64,000 bases of DNA, taken from the NCBI GenBank assembly GCA_053919585.1, contig CM132787.1; one strand, 5' to 3'. The notes under the pieces are model-generated. The model did no database searches. It was given only the letters and a program-made list of their open reading frames with translations, and was not told the origin of the DNA. The translations under genes and the position numbers were made by a program. Below, one piece after another: positions 24,712 to 38,243 of the stretch. Source of the DNA: Euprymna scolopes. Lineage: Eukaryota. Each line of letters begins with the position of its first letter. Within the stretch, counting starts at the first letter, position 1.

Positions 24712-27700
24712 GTAATGACCGTCATCTAATGAAACAAAGTGTAACTGATTCTTTTTTTCGTTTTAAATTGCATACATTGAAACGAAATTGATTTCTCCTC
24801 TTTGGAGTTGGATTATTCTAGTGTTCCATTTAATTTATGCCATAGATGATTCAGTCTCAATGGAGGACCTCAAGCAGAAACAAGAACTTCTTCAAGGAAA
24901 CATACTAATCACCCGTAAATGGTAAGAAAATGAAGAGAAGAGCTCTGAAGAATTGCTTTTTCTATTTAAGCGAGAAATAGACGACTGGTTAGATGAGCTT
25001 GAGGGGGTCTCCTTTGGCATGGAGGAAGACTTGGCTGCAAGCGGAGAAGCGGAAGCATTGGCAAGCTTAAGTCTAGCTTCGATCCGCTTTAAATATGAAG
25101 CGAAACAGCGTTTAAAGTCTCTGCGGACAGCCCACCAGAGTGAAACCCCAGCAGTTACCTCGATGGAAGGAGATGTTGACTCAACTTTAGTTATGGCAAC
25201 CCAGTAGCTCCATAAAATGAGAGAACACCACCTTTCAAACCAAAAGCCTATTCTTCATCTTCTGTGATGCCATATAAATAAAATTGAAGGGGCCACGCAT
25301 TGATGGGAAGGACTTTTACACAACTAGAGGAGCTTCAACGACTTCTTGACAAACTTTGAAAATTGTGCCAGGTCAATAGCATCAATCACGGAAATCTTTT
25401 GAGGTGCTCCTTGGAAGGTAGAACCTTCCAACTCATAAATCATCTCTTCCCCTCTGAAGATAGTTACGCTATGGCCCTTAAGCTATTAAAGGATCAATAT
25501 GTGGACGTGGAGGAGATAAGTAGTGAAATGCCAAAGGAAATATTAGATTCCCGGTTAGATAATCCCAAAAACCTGGAAGGATTAAACAAATTTATGATAA
25601 AGAATCAGACGAGTATGTAACATCTAAGGGCCTCGTATAGTTGTGACTTATGTGAGGATAAGTCAGCTGGAGCAATAATAATAGCACAAGTGTTATTAGC
25701 GAAATTCCCGCCCGAAGTAAAGCGAGAACTTTTACGAATCTCTGGGACTACCTACCCGACATTGTCCACACTATTGAAGGAAACACCAAGAATAGTGAAA
25801 CAAATGCTAGTTGCCAGACAGCCGACCAAGGTACTGATGTCCAAACCTAGGCTGCAACCTAAGGTTAATCATGAGGAGACGACTGAAACCTTGTCTCTTA
25901 AAACTTTTAATACCGAATTGAGATCCGAGGTAAGATGCGACTTTTGCAAAAGCAACAAACATTTGTCTGAGGACTGTGGCAACTATACGGCCCATGAAGT
26001 AAGGATAACCAGGTGTAGAGAGCTGCGACTTTGTTTTCGGTGCCTAAAGAGATCTCACGTTGGGAATATATGGGCATTAAGGACACCGAGAAAAATTTGT
26101 TGTCATAGTTGCAACTCTAAATGGCACATAACTGCTATGTGCTCAACTGTTACGAGTAGTATGCAGGTTGATACTTGCCTACATGCAAAATACGATAATG
26201 CTTTCCTTTCTCCCATAATTGAAATAATAGTGAAAAGAGGGGAAAAAAGTAAAGGTAAACCACTGGCAGTCAAAGAACTTATTTGGATTCTATAATTTTA
26301 ACGAAGTTAAATTGCCTCTCCTTCGCAAAGGATAAAATAATGGAAGTAAAGACCGTTTTAGGAACGAATCCTAAAACCTCTAAGGAAATCTCGTTGGGAT
26401 TGAATTTGATGCCCGGCAAAACACATACTCTTCAGATTCTTGCGACCAAGTTGAACTTGTCTTACATCCTTGAAGGACTTAGCATTAAACTTTGCAGCCA
26501 TTCTGCGATTCTTAAAATTTCCAAGAATCTGAGTAAGTAGGTTTTCAACATACAAACTGGATTTCGGTGCCTCCGAACATTCATCAAATGGAACTTCTCT
26601 GAATGGAACTTCAACACGTAATTTAAAATAAAAGGGCTTGCATTGAAGCCAAACATAAGAGTTATTTTTTTACCTGTAGCAATAAAAATGTTCATGTTTC
26701 CTCAGAAAAAAAGCAAAGTCGATTACGATTATTTCCCGATGCCAGACGAATCATCAGAAATGCTTTTCTGTTATCAGTCAACAAGACATATCGGTTTGTT
26801 TGGAATCGGATCATCAATTTCAACGTGTTGAAGTTCTATTCAGAGAAGTTCCATTTGATGAATGTTCGGAGGCACCGAAATCCAGTTTGTATGTTGAAAA
26901 CCTAGTGAAAACTGCGAATAATGAAGAAAATAAATCTGATGTGTATACCTCTGCGAGAGAGCGTCTGCAGAAGGGAAATGTTAATTTACAATCTTCCAAT
27001 TCCAACTGTGTAACACTCCAAAAGAAAATGGAGGCAGATAGAACGTTATCAGGATTCGACTCTGGTTGGGAAAAGGAGCTGGAGTATCAATATGCCCCTG
27101 TCCAAGATTCAATAAGGGTCTTCCCACCATCATGCGACTTGGAGGCATCAACTAAGAGGAAAATATTATCGGAGAAATCGAAGGTATTTGATCCTTTGCC
27201 TCTGTATCTACCTGTGACAGTGCGAGGTCGTTTATTGATGAGAGAATTATGGAGACAAAACTGGATTTGGATTATATGGTTCCTCAAGGTATGAGTTCAG
27301 TTTGGAAAACCTTGGCAAAAGATTGATCAGCGTTAGACTCTGTATCTTTCCCAAGGAGGGTTATATCAGTGAATGATGAAGGAAAGGATACAAAGTTATT
27401 CTTTTTCTAGGATGCGTCTAAAGCCGCATATGGGTTTGCGGTACAGGCTGTACAGGATGGAAATTCATCCTTGGCATTTGCCAAAGCGAAAATGGCTACT
27501 TTGCAGGGAAGATCCCTACCAACGTTGGAATTTTTAGCAGTATTTTAGCAATGAAATGCTCACCTTTTATAAAAGAACCCCTAAAAGACATTACTATAAA
27601 AGACATCTACGTAATCACAGATTCTCAGGTAGTTCTGTCCAGGATTCTGGTTGACTCCGTCCAAACGGAAAATGTATTTGTGCAAAATAGATTGTAGGAC

Positions 27701-29511
27701 ATAGCTTAAATGTCTGAGAAGGCTAAATCTGATTTTAACATAAAGATAAACTTTCAGAACACGTCAACAGTTGACAACCCGGCCGATTACATCCCCAGAG
27801 GTTTGACTATCAAGAAATTAAAGGAAAACAAGCGTCTTTGGTATGAGGGGCCGAAATGGATACGCCAAGAAGAATCCTCCTGTTGTCATCGTGAGTTGAG
27901 TGACCTTTCTAAAGTTCAGATGAAGCGGATTTGCGCTTCAGTAAATTATGCAGCAGAGAATGAAGTGGCTACATCAGAAGTCAAATTGGAAAAATTCTAC
28001 AGTTTGAGTAAGTTGATCAGCGTAACTTCACTGATATTCAAGTTCATCAACAAGTTAAAAAAGATGGATCCTGAGTTACAGGTAAATGGCTACCTAGTCA
28101 AGACGATGCAAAAGCAATCCTTTTTAAAGAAGTTGGACTTTTTGCTAGTCCCTGGAGGAAATGGTGTGCCTAAACTGGTGAATAATTTTAATCTCTTTTT
28201 GGACCACAAGGGCATTATACGATCGATGGGAAGAATAGGAAAATTGGAATATCACTCATATGAGACCCAAACACCTATTTTATTGGGAAAAAAGCATTAT
28301 CAAACAAGATTGATCATCCAAGAATACTACCAAAACAGCCAACATTTGGGCTTGGCCACAACATTGAATGAAATACGATTGGCAGGTTAGTGGATACCAC
28401 AAGTCAAACAGGCTTTTAAAAATATGGTTAGTACTTGTGTGAAATGTAAACGCTTTAATGCCGTTTCCTTTTCAATCCTAAATTCGACCAACTTACCCCT
28501 TGAGTGAATTTTTTCACGCCCAATCTACATACCGGTGTGGATTTTACCAGCCATATCTATGTTAAAGAACAAGAAAAGGATTATAAAATGTACATTATGC
28601 TATTAACATGTATGAGTATTAGGGCTTTACATTTGGAACTGATTCAGGATATGACTGTAAAATCATTTATTCAAGCATTCATTAGGTTCACGAACGTGAA
28701 TGAGATCCCAACCCACCTTTTTTTCGAATAATGCTTGCAAATTTTATGCTTGCCAGAATCATTAACAGTGGCATGATAGTGGATGAATTCAAGGAAACGT
28801 TTAGCCCATATGACTTAAAACATTGTACAATTCCACTGTTTTCGCCTTGGCAGGTGCTAGTTGGGAAAGGTCTATCAAGACCATAAAAGCTCGCTTATAT
28901 AAAGCAACAGGAAGAGGTAAATTAGACTATTTTGGTTTGCTAACAATTTTGTCTGATGTGCAAATAGCCGCCCCCTGATATTTGGGAGTTCTGAGGATGC
29001 TGACCTGAATGTCTTAACTCCTAACTCTCTAATGAATGCGAATGTTGGTCACGGAATAATAATGCGGTTAGAAAACCAGAACCTGGAAACGATGGATCCT
29101 ATTAGTCGACGTGACTTGATTCAAACCCTGCTTTCCAGGGAAGAAAGCCTGACTAAATTTAGGAAAGTTTGGAATGAGGACTATTTATTGAGTCTCAGAG
29201 AAATGGCAATGAGCTTGGCTGATTGTTCTTTTGAAGATAAACTCTAGAGATATGATGCTCATAAAAACCCTCTGAAGACGAGACCTTTCTGGTCCCTATG
29301 TGAAGTTATGCAGCTAATCCAAGGAAGTGATGAATTTGTGCGCATGGTGAAGGTGAGGAAAGGGAATGGAGCTATAAACACATACCCTATCAAGAATCTA
29401 TTTCCTATGAAATTCTCTGAACAGACTGGAGAACCCGACCCGATAGGCATGGAACCATCGGGTTCACAGGATATAAACCAGGACCCTCAGCGGAGAGAGA
29501 GTACTATAATT

Positions 29512-29651
29512 TGGACCTGCCCTAACTGTAACAGACCTGAGTTTTCTAGACCTATGGTAGCCTGCGATAGATGCAATTACTGGTTTCACTTCAGCTGCGT
29601 GGGTCTAACTGAGCATCACCAGAAGATGAACAATGGTTCTGTCCGACTTGC
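29512..29651 (+). pseudogene. C4HC3 PHD finger (TAF3-like) at the C-terminus of BEL/Pao pol, one frameshift
   Basis: WTCPNCNRPEFSRPMVACDRCNYWFHFSCVGLT/ASPEDEQWFCPTC, with a 1-nt deletion near 29611. Confidence 0.9.
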
Positions 29652-29742
29652 AACACACAAGGAGTTGTAACTGGTAGACCCAGTTTTCAAGGAGTCTAAA
29701 CAAACTGTTTTATTCTCTTAAAGAGTTTTATTGTGGGGGATG

Positions 29743-29917
29743 TGTGAGAATTTTAAATGTATTGACGTGCCGACGGTAGGTCGGTGGGGATAAAGGAGTG
29801 CTGGTAGCTGTGACCAACACGGTCGGTGGTCCGTTAAGCAAAGAAACTGAGTGGCTATTCCTTACAAGTTCAATAGACATTCCAGTCACGCGTGAATCTC
29901 TGAGAGTTGGAGTAGAC
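29743..29917 (+). repeat. 3' LTR (truncated) of the BEL/Pao element
   Basis: TGTGAGAATTTTAAATG... homologous to the 5' LTR; preceded by gtgggggatg PPT. Confidence 0.9.
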
Positions 29918-30300
29918 TTCTTATGGTACATCATTTTAGGAGTTCAATACTTTTTTATATAATACAAACAAGTTGAAAATAGTCAAAAATAATAATAGTG
30001 TGAGTATATTAGCTATTAAAATTCCATTGTGAAATATTTCTTTAACTTTGAAAATTATCAACATTTATCCATTTCATTGTATACCATGAAACGTTTCTAA
30101 TATCTATTGCACGTAAATAGCACAAATCAAATGAAACAGAAATAGTGCAAGCAATGGATTAACTATACATTGAAAAAGATATTGCATTAAATCATGTGTA
30201 GGGAGACACGTAAACTGTTGCATTTCTTCTTAAACTCCCATTTTGAAATAGAAAACGGGTTTCAAATTTTCAAATCATGTTGAGATATATACGTGGATTT

Positions 30301-30367
<67 letters not shown>

Positions 30368-31320
30368 GACGCAGTTCTTCCCTCTAACCCAAAATATCGT
30401 AGGTTTAAACAACAGATGGGGTATGCACATTTATTATGCTTACATTATTACCTTATTTGACTATCGAACGACATGTTAGTCTGTTTAATTCGTATTATTA
30501 AAACATTGCATTTATTCTTAGGATCGAAATCATTATTATGGTTATAACCCAGAGAGGAAGGAGTTGAAATTTTCCCCCTACTTTATAAGTCCTCTTACGA
30601 TCCCATTCTTCACTGCGTGAATTTACTCTATTTCTTCATTCACTGGCTTCTACATTCATATTCATCTACACAATAATTTTCCCTCCTTTTCGTATAATTT
30701 GTTTTTTATTGGCTGAACTATAAGCATTCCTACATTCTAAATTACCGGTATTAGCCTCAAAACAGAGTGTTTACTTGCATTAAATATGGGCGCTTCCGAT
30801 TACATATATACAAAAGAAAAACCTTCTGGCTTCTTAATTATTGCATTAAAGAAACTGGTAACGCATTACACATATATTTACAAATTAAAAAATATTCCTG
30901 CGTGTGTTTGTGTGTGTACGTGGCCATGTGCTGCATAAACCTCCCACGCTTGTGATTGTGTTTGTTTTTGTTTATGTACATACACACATTTTTTGAAACC
31001 CACCAAAATTGAAAGAAAAATAATTAAGTTTTATTAAGTTAAAGAAAAATTATTTAAGTAAAAAAAGAGTAAATAAAACAGGCGGAAGTGTTGAAGCCTG
31101 CTCACTTCTATCGCAAGGGAGCGTCCTTACGCAACACATGCGTGTGTGCAGGGTCCACTTTCTCTGGTATCTTGTCGTACTTTTTTTAAAATACACGAGA
31201 ATCTATTCATAATTGTGAAATTATTCAAAATTGCAGAAATGCAGAACAAATGCAACTGAAAACATATTCTAACTGTCTTTAGAATATAAATATGTCACAT
31301 AAAGTGGTGGTTATGCACAT

Positions 31321-31379
31321 AGGCGGGTTATTTTTAATTAGGCGGGTTATTTTTAATTAGGCGGGTTATTTTTAATTAG
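31321..31379 (+). repeat. 19-bp tandem repeat x3 (aggcgggttatttttaatt)
   Basis: Three exact copies read directly. Confidence 0.95.
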
Positions 31380-32221
31380 TATTCACACGTAACATTTTAA
31401 CGTTTTACAATATATTTTTGTTTATTAAATTGTTAGGTGAAAGTACAGGATAATTGAAATAAAACGAGTTTTGGTAAAACTTATAAATATGTAACAGAAA
31501 TTACAATGTTGATCCGTTCCACGTTCGGTACAATTTTACATTATGGCCAAATCATCGTTAAGATTCGACTTGTAAACTTTTATATGATTGGGGATATGCG
31601 GACAAGTTGGATGTGTACATTCAAAAGAAAAAAAGCCGTTCTTAACATAGGGAGGTTGGGGATATCTATTCCAAAAGCTGTTCTTTACATAGGGAGTTAG
31701 GGGGTTTATTTATTTTGTGCATAACAGTAAACTATGAAGGGTTGCCCCTAAATTGCCCAAGTCTTATATGTGGGGTCGGTATTTATTTGCTCCCCCACCG
31801 AGCAAATTAGGCATAATGCCGATTTTTAATGTGAGGAGTGAAGGGAAAATGGGTGCCAGCTCCCCGGGGAGAAGGGGAGTTGGATAATGACAACTGGTAT
31901 GAAGGGTTTTCCTTACATTTACCAAGGTCTTATATGTGGGGTTGCCCCCACATATGGTCTTTGCTTGTAGTATCTGCCGGAACAGATACTACACTTTGAG
32001 ATATTAACTCCTTTATTCATGTTAAAAATACATTGAAAATCAACAATGAACTAAAAATTTAGGCACATGGCCAACTCAAAAGGGGGGTTTGTTGGTGTCG
32101 TTGGTCATCCTTGTCACTCCAGAACCAAACAAAATCAAGTTTCTCCCAACTAGTCTCTTCTTTCACCATAATACCGCATTCGCCCTTTCATACTGGGGGA
32201 CGTCCTACTTCGCTCCCAATT

Positions 32222-33425
32222 TTTTAAAACATTTTTTATTGACATGTAAAAAAAAAAGATAACAACAAAATTGTACAATAATTCATTGTGTCGAGGGCGG
32301 GGGGGCTGATTAGTAGGACTCTCCCAACCCCGTCTTGTTGATAGACTGCCCGTTCCACTAGATTTGTAAAATGAACCTCGCTTCTGCGGGGCAGTCTCTA
32401 AGTAGGGGTGCCCTTTAGATGGGGGTGAATGGAGAAAAGAAAATTTTGTGGGTAAGGAATGGGGGTTAGTTTGTATTTATTTCTCTCCAAGATGGGTGAA
32501 ATTTAGAGGAGGGGGTGAAAACAAGAATTGCAAGAAGGAGAGGGCGGGGATCTTGGAGGCTTCTTAATCGGGGAGGGATCGAAGACACACTCAGCTAGCT
32601 GAGAGGCTACTTGTTTAATTTCACTTTACGGAACTGCGCGTTCCACACCTAGGCGGGGAACACGTATTCAAATTTGTCTCCTCTTCGTACACACAGACTT
32701 GCTTACATGTATCCATCTTCTTCTAAATGCTACGCAATGCAGCCTTCTTTTATCACATCAGATCTTCACCCGTAGTTAGTGTTTAAAGAAAGTGAGCAGA
32801 CGCTTATCCGAAAAAGACACCCCCCGGCAACCTTGCAGACGCGACGGCTAAATCACCATTCTCGCCACGACCAGGATCATAACGTAGACCATTTGTCTTT
32901 CCTGGTCCCACGGCGGCCTCACGTTGTCCACAACATTGGATACGGTAATTGGGCAAGGATGCTCACGATCGATGCGAGCCGTCACCTCGCTGACATACGA
33001 CCAGTACCGGCGAAGTTCGCGGCAATCGAATAAAGCATGATCAGTCGTTTCTACGGCCGTTGTCTCAAAACGGGGAAATTAGGCGACTCCAAAAACCCGG
33101 AACTGCATTGTATGTTTTTGAGTGGAAGTGCATTTCGGACCAATTGCCAGGCCAGAGTGAACTCCGAATTGTTCAGATGACTCGAACCTGGTGACCAGCT
33201 CCACGCGGAGATGATCTCACTATGCTGCCAACCAAACGCGCGCATAGCGGGTCGTCGGCAACCCCCTTCACTAGATCCCTGTGGAGTTCCCTACGGGTAG
33301 CAGTCACAAGGTCTCGTTTTAGCGCGAGTCGGCACGCTTTCATGTAGGCACATTCTTCCCGCGGGCTCTGATGGCTCTCGATAGAAGAAGGGTCGAGTAC
33401 GAGGTCGGGGAAGGCGGCAGTAACC
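32222..33425 (-). mobile_element. 3' fragment of an L1/Tx1-clade LINE (zf-RVT region, 3'UTR, AATAAA/poly(A))
   Basis: Minus-strand fragments RRELHRDLV...WSPGSSHLNNSEFTLAWQLVRNALPL...ETTDHALFDC. Pyrimidine-rich 3'UTR on the minus strand and aataaa plus A-tail at ~32222-32242. Confidence 0.75.
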
Positions 33426-33429
33426 ACGG

Positions 33430-33586
33430 CGTGCCAAGAAAAAACTTAAAAGCCGAAGAACAGCATCTACTAACAACACACCTTTGATCTTAACCAAAAC
33501 GGTCAAGCACAAAAGTGTTACGGACAGATCGACCGACTGACCGACCGACGGAGTGACTTATAGAGTCGCTTGCATGTTAATAAACA
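33430..33586 (+). mobile_element. Helentron-associated (HINE/DINE-like) 3' end
   Basis: (GACC/GACG)n microsatellite followed by ggagtgacttatagagtcgcttgcatg, a decayed terminal palindrome. Confidence 0.5.
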
Positions 33587-34208
33587 TACAAAAATGTACA
33601 GAAAATTGACTTTTTTTAACTTAAAAATCATATTATTTAATTTTTATGAATAACAGGAGATAATTAGAAAACATTTAGACATGTAAACCGAAAGCAGAAC
33701 TCCTCACAAATAAACAAACAAAAAAAGTCTTAAATCACGGATGCTTTACTTTTCCGCTGAAAAACAATAAACATATAATAACCCGTACTGGTTTATTTTA
33801 TTATATCACACATCTTGACATATTGTTAGCTTAAATTAATAGTGTTTCCGCAGTGTTTTCTTTTTCTTTACCTTTTTTCTAAGGAAAAATTGAAGGCAAG
33901 TTTGCCATATAACATTTTAATTATATAATTGTGTTTTATATCCTCACAATTTTTAGTTATATGTACATGTTAAGTTGTCAACTTAAATTAGATATTGGAT
34001 AGCTAAAATCCGGGAAGCAATTACAAGAGCGAAAAGGCGAGCACAAAAAAATGAAACAATGGTTCTTAAGGCGCTAGTTTATTTATTTGATACTTGTGTC
34101 TGGAAACGTACGTTCAAAATCTAAAATATTAATCAAAAGTTATGATTTCTGTTTATTTGTAACAACGTTTTATTTTTTAAAAATGAAAGAAAGGAATTTT
34201 AGTTTAAA

Positions 34209-35275
34209 CTAGACCACCCGTGACCCGTTGGGTCAGTACGTTATATTAGCTATGGAATTCATGTATGAGCGTGACACTTGTGGCATAAAGAAAATAGTTT
34301 TTTTTTATATAACAGAAGCATTTCTATGAAAGTATATTAAAATGAAAAAGAATATAGATAGATTTCTATGAGTCGTTCTGTTTATTATAATTGTTATTTT
34401 TTTAATTACAGTTACTGAATTATAAGTGGTTGGTCATACTTATAGGTAAATATGCACTGAACAGGTATCATAATCCTTATTATAGTTAAATTCAAATTTT
34501 GATATATCATCTTTTAAATGAAATTGTTAGTTGAAAGTACAGAATAATTAAAAAAAACACTCTCCACATGTTAATAATGGCTTTTTAAATAGAAAATGAA
34601 AATAAAACGGAAGAGAGAGAGAGGGGGGGGAGTCGACATCTTTTCATACACGTGTTTAGGTAAAAATGCTGTTATCTCATATACTCAATTGTCGCGCTTT
34701 CACTATAGCCAAAATCGATGAAGAGGTTTCTTTGTTTTTCATACATCTAATTATTCTTCCGTTGTCATACGTTCGCGCCTCACTCATTCAGATAATTTCT
34801 TTTCTTTTTTTTTAATTTTGCACTCGATCTGGTAAGCTCTCCGTTTACATTTCTATATAACGGTTTATTACTTTTTATAGATGTTTCTTTCCGGATAACT
34901 CGCAGGGATGTAACCTATCATAAAAGGTTTCCCTCTTAATTTTGCCACAAAATACGTCACAATGCAAAATACCATTGAAGTTTAAAACTACTTTTGCGTA
35001 CTTTAATCTATGATAACTATTATTCAATTGTTTTTAACAAAATAGGTCATAAAGCTAAACATTTGTTTTTTTATTATTTCACAGTTTACATCGCGGATTT
35101 ATTTCTTGCTAACCACGCCCACACTCACAAAATGGGATGTATATAGGTTGGAGATGTCAATTCCGATTGCTGTTCTTACCATGAGGAGATTCGTGCTTGG
35201 ACTACAACAATAACCCTAACCGTACTTTCATTTTTTTATGTGGAAGGGGCGGTGCTACCACCCAGCAACGCTAGT
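34209..35275. mobile_element. Helitron-like non-autonomous sequence bounded by hairpin+CTAG ends
   Basis: Minus-strand TGACCC-AAC-GGGTCA hairpin followed by CTAG|T at ~34209-34236, and plus-strand ...cagcaacgCTAG|T at ~35271-35275. Internal motifs are shared with 31400-31700 and 6415-6545. Confidence 0.5.
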
Positions 35276-37403
35276 TAATGGGTCGTGATAGTTAAATATA
35301 AAGTATTTACAGTAAAATATGTTTTTTAAACCAGTAATTGGCTTTTTGAAACTATACAACGATATCCAAAATATAACAGAAATTCAGGTTTAGATAATAC
35401 AAACACTTTTTTAGATCTGTATTTACAGAAATCGACGAGGAGAATACGGTAATGCATTGTATAAGCATGAATAAGTCTTCACTTCTTTTAGTACGCTTAT
35501 AGTGTTTTCCTTGTCCGCTTATCTTAAGGCGAAGAGGCGAATACTCTACTGACCATGTAATATGTGACTATTTTATTAGAAACATTTTCAATTGTCATTT
35601 TCAATATGGCCATATTCGGTAAAGATTCTGTTCTCTGTTGAATTTTCACAAAGTAATAAATATGATTTGCAATGAAAATAACAAAACTGCTTACTTGAAA
35701 TGCATTTTACATTCCCGATAAATCCGGCAATAAGTACAACTGGTTTAAACGGTTATCATTTAATACAAACTAGTGGCAGATTACTAATGATGTTTATATG
35801 TAAAATCTTTTTGTTTCTCTTATTTACATTACATTATATCAAAAGAGATTATGTATTTTTTGTGGCAGTAAATTTCACTGATTTATTCTATACTATTTTG
35901 AATATAAAGTGATGTTTTTTCGTTAGACACATACACATGTTTCGCGAAATAATGGTATTAAATATTTGTAAATAGGTTAGATTTTCTCATCTGTTTACAG
36001 ATTTATTTATACTGACTTACATGTTTCGTACAATTAAATGAAGNNNNNNNNNNNNNNNNNNNNNNNNNNNNNNNNNNNNNNNNNNNNNNNNNNNNNNNNN
36101 NNNNNNNNNNNNNNNNNNNNNNNNNNNNNNNNNNNNNNNNNNNNNNNNNNNNNNNNNNNNNNNNNNNNNNNNNNNNNNNNNNNNNNNNNNNNNNNNNNNN
36201 NNNNNNNNNNNNNNNNNNNNNNNNNNNNNNNNNNNNNNNNNAGATGACTATAATTATTTTGAATACATACAGACAGCAGTGTCTCACCATTTCGGGAATC
36301 ATCCGTGCAGGGAGTCAGAATTAAAGTCGGTCAAGAGATTCAACCCCGGCCATGAAGACATCTGTAAATGAATAAATAAATGAATGAATAAATATGTGCT
36401 CGGTTAATTTTTATCATCAAGACACAAAAGAATCGTTTTGGAATCAGAAATTAGGCTCATGTTTTCCGCGTTTCTGATACCGATACGGATCTCCCAAAAT
36501 GTCGCTTTTTTATTATCGATTCCGATTTATAATCCTAACACAATAAATTTCCAATTTTTTACTTCGTTGTGAAAATCTGATATTTTTAATGCATAGCGTT
36601 CCAAATAAACTTTAGATAATCTTATAAATATAGATTACGTGCGATAAAAAATTCGTTGAAGTGCAAATTTATTCAAATATATAATTAAACCTGACAAGGA
36701 AAAAGAAAGAAACGGCTAATAATATCTTATCAACAAAATGTCGAATGTTGGTTGTTTTTGTTAAGCTATATTTTGTTGATGTAAGTGTTTATGTGCGGAT
36801 TCCTTCCTTATTTTATGATAGTCCCTACAAACCTATACTTAAACCTAATTAACGATTTTCCCAAGGAAAATAAAAGTGTACCATATACAAAAGAAAATCA
36901 TTATTTACTTTGTGTTGGGAACATCATTTTTCACTCGAAGAACCTTCCTCACTATGATTTTATATTTTCTCGTTATTGTCAAAATATATTCAATAAAGTG
37001 CCGAAGCTGGCTAAAAAGTCGAAATAGGTCTCAATATCTCGTCCAATGCAGAATAATTCGGTCATAATATATTTTTATTTCGAAAATAGCCATATTTCCT
37101 GACCAAAACAGTGTTTTAATCGTTGTGGCACAGTTTTTTTTTTCAGAACATATGCTTTTAGTTATGAAATGTAAACAATTATTTAATATCAGAAATGCAG
37201 TATTTTTCATTGTGGGCGTATCCAAGAAAAATATGATTCGTCGTTAAAATATTTATTTACTTATTCATTATGATGGTTATGTTCTTGCTTTCAAACCACA
37301 GAAGAAATACGAAATTTATTAGATCTAAGGAGATATAAAAAAAAATATTCTATTTTAATAGCTAGGATTACACACGGCGCACCTTCCTCGTATCATATTT
37401 GCG

Positions 37404-37509
37404 ACCTGTTTACGTTATTTAAAATAAGCAAATAGATTGTGGAAAATCTATAAATTTAATTATAGATTTTCCACAATCTATTTTTTTATTTTAAATAACG
37501 TAAATAGGT
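37404..37509. repeat. ~105-bp hairpin palindrome
   Basis: acctgtttacgttatttaaaataa...tagattgtggaaaatctata / tatagattttccacaatcta...ttattttaaataacgtaaataggt. Confidence 0.9.
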
Positions 37510-38195
37510 GAAAAACGAAATGAAATTATGAAATCTAGACCAGCAACAGTGTAATCTAGTGTGATTTCATTTTTCCCCGACGGATCTACATAGATCATTT
37601 CATAATACATGTCTCAGATTTACATTGCATTTTGATTTATAATAATTAGACAAATTAAGTAGGTAACCCTCAATACTAGGATCTTCAAACAGTATTTCAT
37701 TCTTAAATTTTAAGTATTTCTAGGCTCAATCTTGCATCGTTAATTTAGTTCAAATCTGGGATAAGGATAAAGGATACTTGCATTATATGCTTCTCGTATT
37801 AGACGTTAGCGATATAATGATGAGACAAAAATTATCTTTCCGCCAAAGTAATTAATTTTACCTGTTCTGAAACGGGATGTTTATTATATGAACATTTGAA
37901 TATTGTATAGATATATGTGGGTTTCTATGTTGTGGACTAGATAGTTGAAGGATCGATCTCTGGCTTGGGATATATCCAAGTCTAGCGAACTTAAATACAG
38001 AAAATGCACCTGTGTGAATGATTACATATGTATATGTGTGTATATAAATAATATTTAATTTATACAAATATTATCAGCTACATAGCCACATTGAGGCTTA
38101 TGTAGCGACATATATACAGAAATCCCACATATCGAACACTCTTAGAAAACAAAACAGTTCTAGTGAGTTTACATCTAGGAAACTAAAACTGTGCA

Positions 38196-38243
<48 letters not shown>

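Larger units (their letters stand above)
24245..29917 (+). mobile_element. BEL/Pao LTR retrotransposon (degenerate, internally deleted and rearranged)
   Basis: LTR pair at 24245-~24711 and 29743-~29917 (3' LTR truncated), with a G-rich PPT before 29743. Gag has tandem CCHC knuckles (CDFCKSNKH...CFRCLKRSH...CHSCNSKWH). RT YVEN-motif region, Pao RNase H (DASK, NPADYIPRG, WYEGP), integrase (GVDF, RALHLELI, FIQAFIRF) and a DUF5641-like C-terminus. Confidence 0.95.
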
